Of a stretch of 57,447 nucleotides of DNA, positions 47,133 to 56,455 are shown piece after piece. The translations under genes were made by a program, and so were the position numbers. The notes below the pieces were generated by a model. It searched no databases, was not told where the DNA came from, and worked only from the letters and a program-made list of their open reading frames with translations. This stretch comes from a virus (taxonomy: Duplodnaviria > Caudoviricetes), in the IMG/VR virus record IMGVR_UViG_3300009702_000029, positions 1 through 57,447 of that record. The stretch is one strand, 5' to 3'. How positions within the stretch are numbered: the first letter of the stretch is position 1; each line of letters opens with the position of its first letter.

Positions 47133-49479
47133 AGCAACTGAGGTAGCTTTTGATATCGAGACGACTGGGGTTCAAGAACATGTAGTAGAGACTATAGGCA
47201 TAGCCTTTACATGGTTCACAGATGGTGGAATTTATCTTCCATTATATGTTTATAATAAAGAAGAAGATAAGCTTAAGCCCTATTTTGATCTTAAAGTTCA
47301 AGAGGAAATGATTCATAAATTATGTGAAACACTTTTGGATTATAAGCTCATAATGCACAATGGCGTATTTGATATTGCCTGCATTTTTCATCGTTACGCA
47401 ATCAATCTTACTGCTGCACTTTGGGCAGATACTATTTTAATGAAACATACAGTTGATGAGGAACGTCCATTTGGATTGAAGCAAATAGGTGAAAAGCTTT
47501 TTGGAGAAGAAGCCACAGATGAACAAAAAGATCTTGAAGAATCTGTTAAAGCTAATGGTGGAAGGTGGAATAAGAAGAACAAAGATATGTACAAAGGAGA
47601 TCTTGATTTACTTGCAAAATATGCTATTAAAGATGTTATTTTGACTTTAAAAATTTATGATGAATATAGTATAGAAATGGAACAGCAAGGATTAGATAAA
47701 TTCTTTTATAAACAGGAAGTTATGCCTCTTTATAAAAGTGCGACAATACCCATGAAGTTAAATGGAATGTACATTGATATAGCGTATTTTAATAACTTGA
47801 AAAAGGAAGTTGAAGATGGTATAATTAAGCTAACTGATGAGGTCTTTGACATGATCGAAGATGACATAGAACCTAAAGTTCGTGAAATTTTAGATAAAAG
47901 TATAAGATCCTCAAGGACAGGTAAATTTGCTGAAGGATTGTTGCGGCATTATGAACTACCAGTGCCTCTTAATAAGAAGACTGGAAAGCCCACACTTGCT
48001 AAAAGTGCGTTGCGATCTCTTGAAGTTGAATTTCCTGAGCATCCTGCAATAACTTGGTTAATGTGGGAAGCGCCCAAAAAATTAGTCACTGTCGAAAAAG
48101 AGATAGAAACACCTATTTATGCCGCCGGAGACGATCCCGAATTTGATAAGGCCCGAGATTATATCAAGGAAATTGTCACAGTTTAGAAATTAATTAAAGA
48201 CGAATCAGTCGAAGGTCCTTCTTTGCCTGATGACGTCATTTATGCTGTCAAAAAGGAATTATACGTTGAACGCTATCCTGCTTACCCTAGGGTATTTAAT
48301 TTATCTTCTACCCATCATCTTAGTTGGTTATTATTTGATGTTTACGGACAGAAAGCGACGAAACATTCGAAAAAGACGGGCCAGCCTACGGTTGATAAAG
48401 ACGCCCTCGACCAATTCGACCTCCCATTCATCCCACTTCTCGCAAAATTAAAAAAAGAAGAAAAACTTTTGAGCACTTATATAGGACCTATTCTTGAAAA
48501 GCAACATAATGGATGGTTGTATCCCTCAATGCAACAATTTGGAACTACGTCAGGTAGATATTCTTGTGGTGGTGGGTTAAATTTTCAAACACTTCCAAGA
48601 GATGATAAAAGAGTTAAAAAAGGTTTTATAGCACCTCCAGGCTATAAAGTAGTAGCTGCTGACTTTTCTTCGTTAGAACCCCGCATTTTTTCATGGGTAT
48701 CAGATGATCCAGGACTTAAAGCAGTTTATTGGGATAATTTGGATCTTTATTCACAAATTGCAATTGATGTATTTGGTCTTGAAGGAGTTAGTGCTCATGA
48801 AGAAGATGATAACTTTCTTAAAAAAGTTCAGCCAAGCATGAGACAATTATCTAAAGTTTTTACACTTGCCGTACCTTATGGTGCAGGTGCTGGACGTATT
48901 GCGAATATTCTGAATAAAGATTATAATGAAGCAGATAATATTATTAAAGCTTACTTAAATGCTTATCCGGGTCTAAAAACTTACATGACCACGCAAGAAA
49001 AGAATGCTTTTAAAACTGGAATGGTATACACTCGTTTTGGACGTATTCGACATTTACCTCATGCAAAAGAATTATATGATAAATATGGTCAATGTTTGTT
49101 TAATAAAAAGCGTTTAACTGTAGCATTAATGAAAGAAGGCTTTGATCATGAAGAAGCCAAAGACGAATCTAACGAGCTTTTTTACAAATTTCGTAACTAT
49201 CTAAATAATGCTAAGAATTTTCCAATTCAGAGTACCGCAGCACATGTAACTAATGCAGCGCTTATTTACTTGGCAGAACTTTTAGAAGATAATAATATCG
49301 ATGGTTGGATTTGCTTACAAGTTCATGATGAAATAATACTACTTGTTAAGGAAGAACAAGCGGAATTTGCTGGAGAATTAGTGAAAGAGGCGATGGAAAA
49401 TAATTGGGTAGCGCAAGAAATTGACATTCCAATGATTGCTGTGCCAGAAATAGGAAATAACTTCGCCGAAGCAAAATAG
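47053..49479 (+). CDS. polA: Family A DNA polymerase with 3'-5' exonuclease domain, interrupted by an in-frame TAG at 48184-48186
   Basis: Exo I DIETTG, HN..FD, YA.KD; GT.SGRYS, motif A DFSSLEPR, motif B K...LA..YG, motif C VHDE. The two track ORFs are in the same frame, separated by one TAG. Probable start ATG 47053. Confidence 0.9.
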
Positions 49480-49494
49480 GAGAATATAGATATT

Positions 49495-51216
49495 ATGGCT
49501 AAGAAAAAACTAACTGCTGCTCAAAGAGCTAGAGAAACTGCTAAGAAAAAGAAAGAGCAAGAAAAACTTAAAAAAGAGAAAGTAAAAGCCAAGCTTGAAA
49601 AACAAAAAGCTGCGCGAAAGCGAGCAATGCTTGAGAAGTATGTAAAGATTGTTCAGCAAACTAACATGTTCCCTACACGTTCAGACTTAGCTACCGTAGG
49701 TATTTCCAGAGATAATCTACGACATTACTTTGTAAATATTAAAGGTATGCGAGATGCCGCCAAGATGACCTTTCCCGAAGTATTTGAAGGTGTGGTGGAT
49801 GTTGAGAATTATATCGACAAAAAATATCAAGAGGCGCTCCAAAAAGAAATTAAAAAATATAAAAGATTCTTCATAACTACTGCTGTTAATGGTCAGTTTG
49901 TTCATCCTGGATTTATGGAGAGCATTAATACTTATTGTAAAAAGAATAAAACAAAATTATTAATTCTCCCATGTCATGATCCTGCACATAATTTAGATAA
50001 TCAAATTGAATGGCATTTTGATGATGTTATTTCACAAAATGGACATGATATTGTGTTTTCTGAATTATCTTTAAATTCAAATATCCATATTAGTGGACTT
50101 AGAGTGACAGCAAAACAAATCAACCCGACTACGGGACTTGCTAGGGTGTCACAAAATAAGGGTAGTTTTATTTTTGGTTCACCAAAACAACCACTTGAAT
50201 TTAATCCTGTTGCAAGTAAGAAGATGCCTCATGCATTAATGGGAACTGGAGCATGCACAGTCAAAAATTATAAAACCACCAAAGGTAACTCACTTAGATC
50301 AGCTTTTCTTGCAGATCATGACCACGAATTGGGTGGGTTAATTGTTGAAATTGAGGATGATAAGATTTATCATTTTAGACAAATACAAATTGATGTCAAA
50401 GGCAAATTTATAGATCTTGGAATAGAATATTCAGGCAAAAGCACCAAAGCTGTAAGAGGAACTAGACTTGTATTGGGAGATTATCATGCCGGAGAGCATG
50501 AAGAAAGTGCCGTTAATGCTTGGGAGCAAATAATTAATCAACTCAAAGTAGAGGAACTTTTCTTACATGATGTACATAATGGACTATCCACTAATCATCA
50601 TGAAGAAAAAAATATGATTCTTCGTGCTAAACGCGCACAAGAAGTTAATCAAATATCTCTTGAAGCTGAATTAAAGATCACTGCCAGAGAAATTGATCGT
50701 ATGGCTTCTTTGGAAAGTGTTAAAAAAGTAGTGATAATTAAATCAAATCATGATGAGTTTTTAAATCGTTGGTTAAATGAGTGTCGTTTTAAAAATGATC
50801 CAATTAATTTTCAATTAGGCTGCCGATTAGCAGATAAAAGCATAGATGGAGCCGATCCATTGCAAGAGGGCATCAAAGAAGTGGGAGGATTAAAGCATTC
50901 CCGCAAAGTATTGTGGCTCAAGCGTGATCAGGACTATAAATTTGCTGATATTGAATTGGGAGCACATGGAGATGTGGGACCTAATGGGGCTCGCGGATCT
51001 AAGGCTAATTTGGAAAAGGCGTATGGTAAGTGTGTCATTGGTCACTCTCATACTCCTGGGATTCTTAGAGGTGTTTTTCAAGTTGGAACAACCTCAAAAT
51101 TTCAGTTGGGCTATAATAGGGGAGCATCTAGCTGGATGCATACTTCATGCCTAGTCTATCCAAATGGCCAACGTCAATTGATTAATTCAATTGGTGGTAA
51201 ATGGCGACTAAAATAA
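49495..51216 (+). CDS. Large calcineurin-like metallophosphoesterase-fold protein
   Basis: GDYH, HD..NG, SNHD, HGD, GHSH motifs; basic N-terminal extension. Confidence 0.75.
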   Translation: MAKKKLTAAQRARETAKKKKEQEKLKKEKVKAKLEKQKAARKRAMLEKYVKIVQQTNMFPTRSDLATVGISRDNLRHYFVNIKGMRDAAKMTFPEVFEGVVDVENYIDKKYQEALQKEIKKYKRFFITTAVNGQFVHPGFMESINTYCKKNKTKLLILPCHDPAHNLDNQIEWHFDDVISQNGHDIVFSELSLNSNIHISGLRVTAKQINPTTGLARVSQNKGSFIFGSPKQPLEFNPVASKKMPHALMGTGACTVKNYKTTKGNSLRSAFLADHDHELGGLIVEIEDDKIYHFRQIQIDVKGKFIDLGIEYSGKSTKAVRGTRLVLGDYHAGEHEESAVNAWEQIINQLKVEELFLHDVHNGLSTNHHEEKNMILRAKRAQEVNQISLEAELKITAREIDRMASLESVKKVVIIKSNHDEFLNRWLNECRFKNDPINFQLGCRLADKSIDGADPLQEGIKEVGGLKHSRKVLWLKRDQDYKFADIELGAHGDVGPNGARGSKANLEKAYGKCVIGHSHTPGILRGVFQVGTTSKFQLGYNRGASSWMHTSCLVYPNGQRQLINSIGGKWRLK

Positions 51217-51238
51217 GGGCGTACATACATAATAGCAC

Positions 51239-51267
51239 TTGACATTAGCATCAAAATAGTATAAGAT
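51239..51267 (+). promoter_or_regulatory. Sigma70-type promoter TTGACA-17-TAAGAT
   Basis: Consensus -35 with a 17-bp spacer in an intergenic gap. Confidence 0.75.
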
Positions 51268-51284
51268 ACTAATAGGGAGATTAA

Positions 51285-51449
51285 ATGGATAATAATCTAT
51301 TAGCAATGAGACTTGCTATGGGTGCAATTATAGTATGTACTGTCGGACTTATCGTCCAATTGGCAGTCAAAATTACGGATTGGCATTATTCCAAGTTTTA
51401 CTTATTATTATTAATATCCCTGGTTATATCAAAAATAAAGAAGTTGTAG
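51285..51449 (+). CDS. Small membrane protein (~54 aa, not in track)
   Basis: AGGGAG RBS; MDNNLLAMRLAMGAIIVCTVGLIV...; two hydrophobic segments. Confidence 0.55.
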   Translation: MDNNLLAMRLAMGAIIVCTVGLIVQLAVKITDWHYSKFYLLLLISLVISKIKKL

Positions 51450-51465
51450 ATCAGAGGAGATCCAA

Positions 51466-52233
51466 ATGAGATTAGTATTATTTGTGGGGCCTAAAGGATG
51501 TGGAAAAGATTCAGCAGCATCAATGCTATATCAAGCAAAAAAATCACGATCTAAAATTAGTTTTGCAGGACCTTTAAAGGAAATTTGTGCAAAAGTATTT
51601 AGATATCCTGCTAAATTCATGAATGATCCAATTCTTAAAGAGAAACCATTTGAAACTATTGAAATCTTGGATCGAACTAAGTTAAGACTTATTAAACAAG
51701 AGCTTCCAAAATATGTTCCAGAACTAGATCCAGTTACGGGCTTATTAAAATATAATATTGACCGAGTGACAGTATCTGGTTTGGAGAATAGACAATTCAC
51801 TAAACCACGGGAGATCCTACAACAAGTGGGAACAGATTTTATTCGCAATCTAGTGTATCCAAACTGGCATGTAGAGGCTGCTTTTAGCCCGGAGCGAGTG
51901 ACTAAGTATCGAAAAGGAGAACTATATTGTGTGACAGATACTCGATTCTTAAATGAATATAAATTTCTTTTAAAAAACTATGGAGATTCCTTAAAAGTAT
52001 ATTATATCGAACGTCCAGAAGCGGAAGCTCATTTAGCAGAGGCCACTCATGAGTCAGAACTTGAAGTTTTAAAAATAAAAGAATTACTTCCCAAAGAGTG
52101 CATCATTAAAAATGATGGAAGTTTAGAAGATTTTAAAAAGAAAGTTTTAAAACTTGATTTACCACCTAGATCTGGGAAGAAAGCGGCTTCGGCCAAGAAA
52201 ACTGGATTTATATATGGAACAAGAAACAGATAA
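51466..52233 (+). CDS. Deoxynucleoside monophosphate kinase
   Basis: G.KGCGKDS, SFAGPLKE, PRE.LQ.VGTD..R, VTD.RF.NE, H.SE motifs. Confidence 0.9.
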   Translation: MRLVLFVGPKGCGKDSAASMLYQAKKSRSKISFAGPLKEICAKVFRYPAKFMNDPILKEKPFETIEILDRTKLRLIKQELPKYVPELDPVTGLLKYNIDRVTVSGLENRQFTKPREILQQVGTDFIRNLVYPNWHVEAAFSPERVTKYRKGELYCVTDTRFLNEYKFLLKNYGDSLKVYYIERPEAEAHLAEATHESELEVLKIKELLPKECIIKNDGSLEDFKKKVLKLDLPPRSGKKAASAKKTGFIYGTRNR

Positions 52234-52840
52234 CAAGACTTTAGAGTTTCATGAAGTCGAAGTTAAATTTAGACTTGATGCTTCTAAGCTTGATGAATGG
52301 AAATTATTAGTATCTGGTTTAAAAGGACAGAAAGACTTTGATCTGAAAGAATGGATTGCAGTAGATTCTGATGATATATATTTTACTCGTCCTCCATCAA
52401 AAGATATGGATTATGAGTTCGTTAGGTATAGATTCTCAGATGATAAGAAACAAAAACGGGCCGAACTTACCACCAAATGTAAGCTCTCGGATGCCAATAA
52501 CATTATTCGAAAAGAATTTAATCTTAGAGTTGATAATAATTCTAAAGAAACTGTTGAGGCTTTTATTGAAAGTTTGGGATTTAAGCGTAGTTTCACCATA
52601 ACAAAACATGTCCAAATTTATAGATTCGAAGATGCCACATTGCCTTATTATACAGTCATTGATGATAAAGGTAAGCGGAATACCTTTATCGAAATTGAAG
52701 TTAATGAAGAGAAGATTCATAAACTTACCAAAACAGAATGTTGGGCAATTATTGAGAAGTACGAAAAAGTGCTTGCACCACTTGGCATATCAGCAAAAAA
52801 TAGACTTAGGAAAAGCTTGTTTGAAATGTATAAGCCGTAG
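52214..52840 (+). CDS. CYTH-domain protein (class IV adenylate cyclase/triphosphatase-like)
   Basis: EVEVK (ExExK), DIYF, R.R, LT.K, R.E, FIEIEV motifs; probable ATG 52214. Confidence 0.85.
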   Translation: MEQETDNKTLEFHEVEVKFRLDASKLDEWKLLVSGLKGQKDFDLKEWIAVDSDDIYFTRPPSKDMDYEFVRYRFSDDKKQKRAELTTKCKLSDANNIIRKEFNLRVDNNSKETVEAFIESLGFKRSFTITKHVQIYRFEDATLPYYTVIDDKGKRNTFIEIEVNEEKIHKLTKTECWAIIEKYEKVLAPLGISAKNRLRKSLFEMYKP

Positions 52841-52848
52841 GAGATGAT

Positions 52849-53370
52849 ATGAATTTGATGATTGATTTAGAAACCTTGGGAACCACGGCAGCTTGTCCGG
52901 TAATTAGTATTGGGGCAGTATTTTTTGATCAAACAGGCATAAAGCATAAATACTATGAGATTCTAGATGTGGAACAGCAAATTGATCAAGGTAGACAAGT
53001 AGATGGTGCCACCATCAAATGGTGGATGAGTCAGGCTAATGCAGCCAAAACGGTATTTAACGAGAATGCTCGTGATTCTAAGTTAATTCTTGAAAAATTT
53101 GTGGATTTTATTAATATGTATAGTAATAAGAAGGCCGTCAAGCCTTGGGGTAATGGTTCCAATTTTGATATTACTATCTTGGATGATCTTTTTTCCTTTT
53201 ATGGAATGGATACCCCTTGGGAGTTTTGGAATATTCGAGATCTTAGAACTTTTAAAGAATATGTATTTGATGGTGGAAATGTAAAAAGGCTAGGAACACA
53301 TCACAATGCGTTAGATGACGCAATTTATCAGGCAGAAATTGTGATTGAAGGTATGAAAAGAACACGATGA
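52849..53370 (+). CDS. DEDDh 3'-5' exonuclease
   Basis: MIDLETLG, ISIGAV.F, T..WW..Q, WGNG..FD, RD.RT, HNALDDA..QA. Confidence 0.9.
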   Translation: MNLMIDLETLGTTAACPVISIGAVFFDQTGIKHKYYEILDVEQQIDQGRQVDGATIKWWMSQANAAKTVFNENARDSKLILEKFVDFINMYSNKKAVKPWGNGSNFDITILDDLFSFYGMDTPWEFWNIRDLRTFKEYVFDGGNVKRLGTHHNALDDAIYQAEIVIEGMKRTR

Positions 53371-53392
53371 TCAAAAGAATTGGAGAATTAAA

Positions 53393-53629
53393 ATGGTAAT
53401 GGCAAGATGGCTTAGAGATTTACTCTCATTTCTTAATGGATTTCGAAAGTTAGTAATTTGTATTTTAGCATTGATTTTGGGAACTATAGCAGTATACACT
53501 AGATTTATCGATGGCCCTACTTATGGTAAAGTTCTGACAATTACAGTTCCTGCGTATTTTGCAGGAAATATCGGAGAGCATTTGACCAATAGTATTAAGG
53601 AATGGTTGGCTAGACGTAAGGAGGCTTAA
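53393..53629 (+). CDS. Small two-TM membrane protein, holin-like
   Basis: Two hydrophobic segments, Y..GN..EH motif, charged C-terminus. Confidence 0.55.
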   Translation: MVMARWLRDLLSFLNGFRKLVICILALILGTIAVYTRFIDGPTYGKVLTITVPAYFAGNIGEHLTNSIKEWLARRKEA

Positions 53630-53910
53630 TGGATAATTGGATCAAAAATCTTTGGAATAGCAACAAGCTATTATTCTTGCTTTTATTGCCATTAGTGTTT
53701 ATAATCTTTTTTAAAGATCTGATTTTGGAATACTTAATTGGCTCAGCACGTAAGATGAGCAATGAAGCTCAAGAAAAGGATCACGTTTTGCAAACTGAAG
53801 AAGAAAAACTTAACTTAGAAGCAGAAAACATGCGTGCTAAAGCGGCGCAATTGGGAGAAAATGCAAATAATGTCGGAAAAGATGAAAACTGGAACAAAAA
53901 AGAAGACTAA
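53629..53910 (+). CDS. N-anchored coiled-coil protein, i-spanin-like
   Basis: N-terminal TM helix followed by coiled coil; AAGGAGG RBS. Confidence 0.5.
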   Translation: MDNWIKNLWNSNKLLFLLLLPLVFIIFFKDLILEYLIGSARKMSNEAQEKDHVLQTEEEKLNLEAENMRAKAAQLGENANNVGKDENWNKKED

Positions 53911-53969
53911 AGAATATAAAGATCGTTGGACAAAGCCTTTAGTAAATCCTCCGATTACACAGAGAGATT

Positions 53970-54365
53970 ATGAATATGAAAAAAACCGTGAGAGGGAAGA
54001 AAAACTCATTAAAGACAAAGATCCAAAAGGGCATGCTTGCGGTAGCAATTTCTGTAATTCTATTTTTAGGAGTTAAAACTGGGCTTTTAGAATATAAGTT
54101 GGGCCATAGGGGCCATCTTGTAGGAGAATGTTTTGTGATCCCCAAGCAACTTACTACGTTTCAAATCACAGGACTAAGAGGTCCTAATTATGTCATTTCT
54201 GGAATTGTTTTGTTTTTTCCATTTAAAAGACTTATGTCTCCACGAGAATTAAATCGAATGCTATATAACAAGAATGCTAAGCAAATAGACTGTAAAACTG
54301 GCAAACCATTGGGAGAAAAGAATGAAAAAAGTTCTAAATCTGATTCTTATTTTAAATCTAAGTAG
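53970..54365 (+). CDS. Hypothetical membrane-anchored protein (start uncertain)
   Basis: One TM segment then a Cys-containing domain; overlaps another small ORF (about 53882-54076). Confidence 0.45.
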   Translation: MNMKKTVRGKKNSLKTKIQKGMLAVAISVILFLGVKTGLLEYKLGHRGHLVGECFVIPKQLTTFQITGLRGPNYVISGIVLFFPFKRLMSPRELNRMLYNKNAKQIDCKTGKPLGEKNEKSSKSDSYFKSK

Positions 54366-54705
54366 TTTGCCTGCTTTTGCATGTGATTTTTCAAAAGACA
54401 TCACCAAAAATGCCAATGGAAGTTACACTTATACAAAGGATTGTCATATTAAAGTGGGCCAAACTGTTAAAAAATTAGAACTCAAGACTCAACAAGTTGA
54501 AGCACTTGAAAAGGCTTTAGAACTTAAGGATTTAGCTTTAGACAAATCTCATGAACGCATTCAATCGTGGATGGATGTCAGCATTAGACTGGAAGACCGC
54601 GTCAATACTATTGATAGACTTAAAGATCGTAATAAGTGGCTTTATTTCACGTTGGGGATCGTAGTAACTGGAATAGCCGTATATGGGGCGGCACATCTTC
54701 GATGA
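54322..54705 (+). CDS. Spanin-like envelope protein (signal peptide/lipobox, coiled coil, C-terminal TM)
   Basis: MKK + hydrophobic stretch + PAFA-C; coiled coil; C-terminal TM WLYFTLGIVVTGIAVYGA. Confidence 0.55.
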   Translation: MKKVLNLILILNLSSLPAFACDFSKDITKNANGSYTYTKDCHIKVGQTVKKLELKTQQVEALEKALELKDLALDKSHERIQSWMDVSIRLEDRVNTIDRLKDRNKWLYFTLGIVVTGIAVYGAAHLR

Positions 54706-55346
54706 AATCTGAACTCAAAAGGATATTTTTCACATCAGACTGGCATATAGGGCACCAGAACGTCCTGAGATTTGATGAGAGGCCATTCAGGGACCTTAAA
54801 CACATGCATGAGGCCCTGACTATGAGATTCAATGCCAATGTCCCTGAGGATGGGATTACGTACTTCCTGGGGGATATGGGGCTTTGTAAGGGGGCTATTC
54901 TTGAAGGGATAATTAAGGGACTTAATGGGACCAAAATTTTGATTTTAGGCAACCACGATAAAGGCATTAACGCAATGCATAATGTAGGCTTTGATGCAGT
55001 GCTTCATGGCATGGTGCTGTGGATTGCAGGTGAGCGAGTTACGCTCAGCCATTGTCCACTTTTAGGATTGCCAAGAGAGGATACAGGTAAAATGAGAGGC
55101 TCTACTGGTAAAGAGAACTGGCACGGAGAGGGACATGCAAGTTACGAAAAATTTACATTCTCAAATGAAGGACAATTTCATTTGCATGGACATATTCATT
55201 CTCGTCCTGAAAGAAAGGAAAGTGAACAAATATGTAAACGTCAATTTGATATTGGAGTTCCTGCAAATGGTTATTATCCTGTAAGTTTTGCGAGAATTGA
55301 AAGTTGGATTAAAAGAACTAAAAGGAAAGAAGAAAATGGCCTTTAA
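54702..55346 (+). CDS. Calcineurin-like metallophosphoesterase
   Basis: FTSDWH.GH, YFLGD, GNHD, SHCP, LHGHIHS, DIGV; ATGA overlap at 54702. Confidence 0.9.
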   Translation: MKSELKRIFFTSDWHIGHQNVLRFDERPFRDLKHMHEALTMRFNANVPEDGITYFLGDMGLCKGAILEGIIKGLNGTKILILGNHDKGINAMHNVGFDAVLHGMVLWIAGERVTLSHCPLLGLPREDTGKMRGSTGKENWHGEGHASYEKFTFSNEGQFHLHGHIHSRPERKESEQICKRQFDIGVPANGYYPVSFARIESWIKRTKRKEENGL

Positions 55347-55584
55347 ACCGTATACACTTTATAAACATGAGAATGGTAAAGATGCAGCTATTTTTGTATT
55401 AGAACAAATGCCTGTTGAAAACGGAATAGAGCTAAAAGTTCTTTGGTACAATGTTCATTATAATGAAGTGGGTGCGACACCTCCATTTCAGGTATCTGAG
55501 AAGATGGATAAGATCTTTATCCACAAAGATCGACTTAACCAATGGCAGGAATATATTCCAGAAGAGCATTTTGGTAAAATTTAA
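55336..55584 (+). CDS. Hypothetical protein
   Basis: Probable ATG 55336 overlapping the end of the upstream gene. Confidence 0.55.
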   Translation: MAFKPYTLYKHENGKDAAIFVLEQMPVENGIELKVLWYNVHYNEVGATPPFQVSEKMDKIFIHKDRLNQWQEYIPEEHFGKI

Positions 55585-55595
55585 TTGGAGGTATA

Positions 55596-56021
55596 ATGAA
55601 GAAATCAAATAAGAAATTTCAAAGTAAAAAAGAATTAATCACTGATGATATTGATGTAGAAAGTGAACTTTACATTGAAGATGAACATCTTAATGAAGAA
55701 ATTATGGACCAACCATTAAAATTTCGTAAATGGTCGCGTTTGGAAGTCAGAGCTAGTCGAAAGACAGATGCCATAGAGCTTAAACTTAGAACTGCAGAAG
55801 CGAGAGCATATTCTCAGGCCAAAAATAATGAAAAGAAAATGACGGTCAAAGATATAGAATCTTATGTAGATCTTGATGAGAACGTTCAACAACTTAGGGT
55901 TGAATTAGTAGATGCAAGGGCTGAACTTTTGGACCTTAAGATGATTGTAAAAGCATTTTATCAACGCCATGAGTCACTTAAAGATTTGGCAGCTAATTTT
56001 CGAAAGGAATTAATAGATTAA
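55596..56021 (+). CDS. UvsY-like recombination mediator
   Basis: Helical coiled coil with T...I.SYV..D and R...L..L pattern; close to RecA/UvsX; GGAGG RBS. Confidence 0.65.
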   Translation: MKKSNKKFQSKKELITDDIDVESELYIEDEHLNEEIMDQPLKFRKWSRLEVRASRKTDAIELKLRTAEARAYSQAKNNEKKMTVKDIESYVDLDENVQQLRVELVDARAELLDLKMIVKAFYQRHESLKDLAANFRKELID

Positions 56022-56455
56022 TGGAAGTTAAAAAATTACAATATAGAAAGATTAATGTGGGGGATACTTTTCAATTTGTAAATGCAATTCAGATGGAGGT
56101 ATTACATGCTAAATTTGATATTATTAAATATCTTAAAGCGGTATTTACTAAGTTTAGCTTCAAAATTGTGAATGGATTTAACTTTTACTTTAAATCTCAA
56201 ACATTTGGAAGAATCTTGATACCCAGTTATAAAAATCCTATTTATATAAAGCTTGCAATCAAAGAAGGAATGCCGTATAATTTAGTAATTGGAGAAGTCA
56301 GCAAACAAGGCAATAAATTTATGGTAACAAAAATCTTTCGATGTCGCAAACCTAATACAAATGTATATACTATTCATGGAGCAAAATTTGATATAGCATG
56401 TCAAGTTGTTCCAGTTAAAGTGTTTGGAAAAATAGAAGAAAGTTATCATGGATAA
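56021..56455 (+). CDS. Hypothetical protein
   Basis: TAATG-coupled 144-aa ORF. Confidence 0.55.
   Translation: MEVKKLQYRKINVGDTFQFVNAIQMEVLHAKFDIIKYLKAVFTKFSFKIVNGFNFYFKSQTFGRILIPSYKNPIYIKLAIKEGMPYNLVIGEVSKQGNKFMVTKIFRCRKPNTNVYTIHGAKFDIACQVVPVKVFGKIEESYHG

Noticed and set aside
48061-48240. Intron or intein in the DNA polymerase
   Set aside because: The gap between the two ORFs is only 36 nt and in frame; no homing endonuclease, intein splice motifs or group I core are visible.
5987-49497. Other in-frame neighbours (5989/5999, 12995/13008, 49479/49495) as readthrough fusions
   Set aside because: Each downstream gene has its own SD and ATG, and the upstream protein looks complete; about one in three neighbours is in frame by chance.
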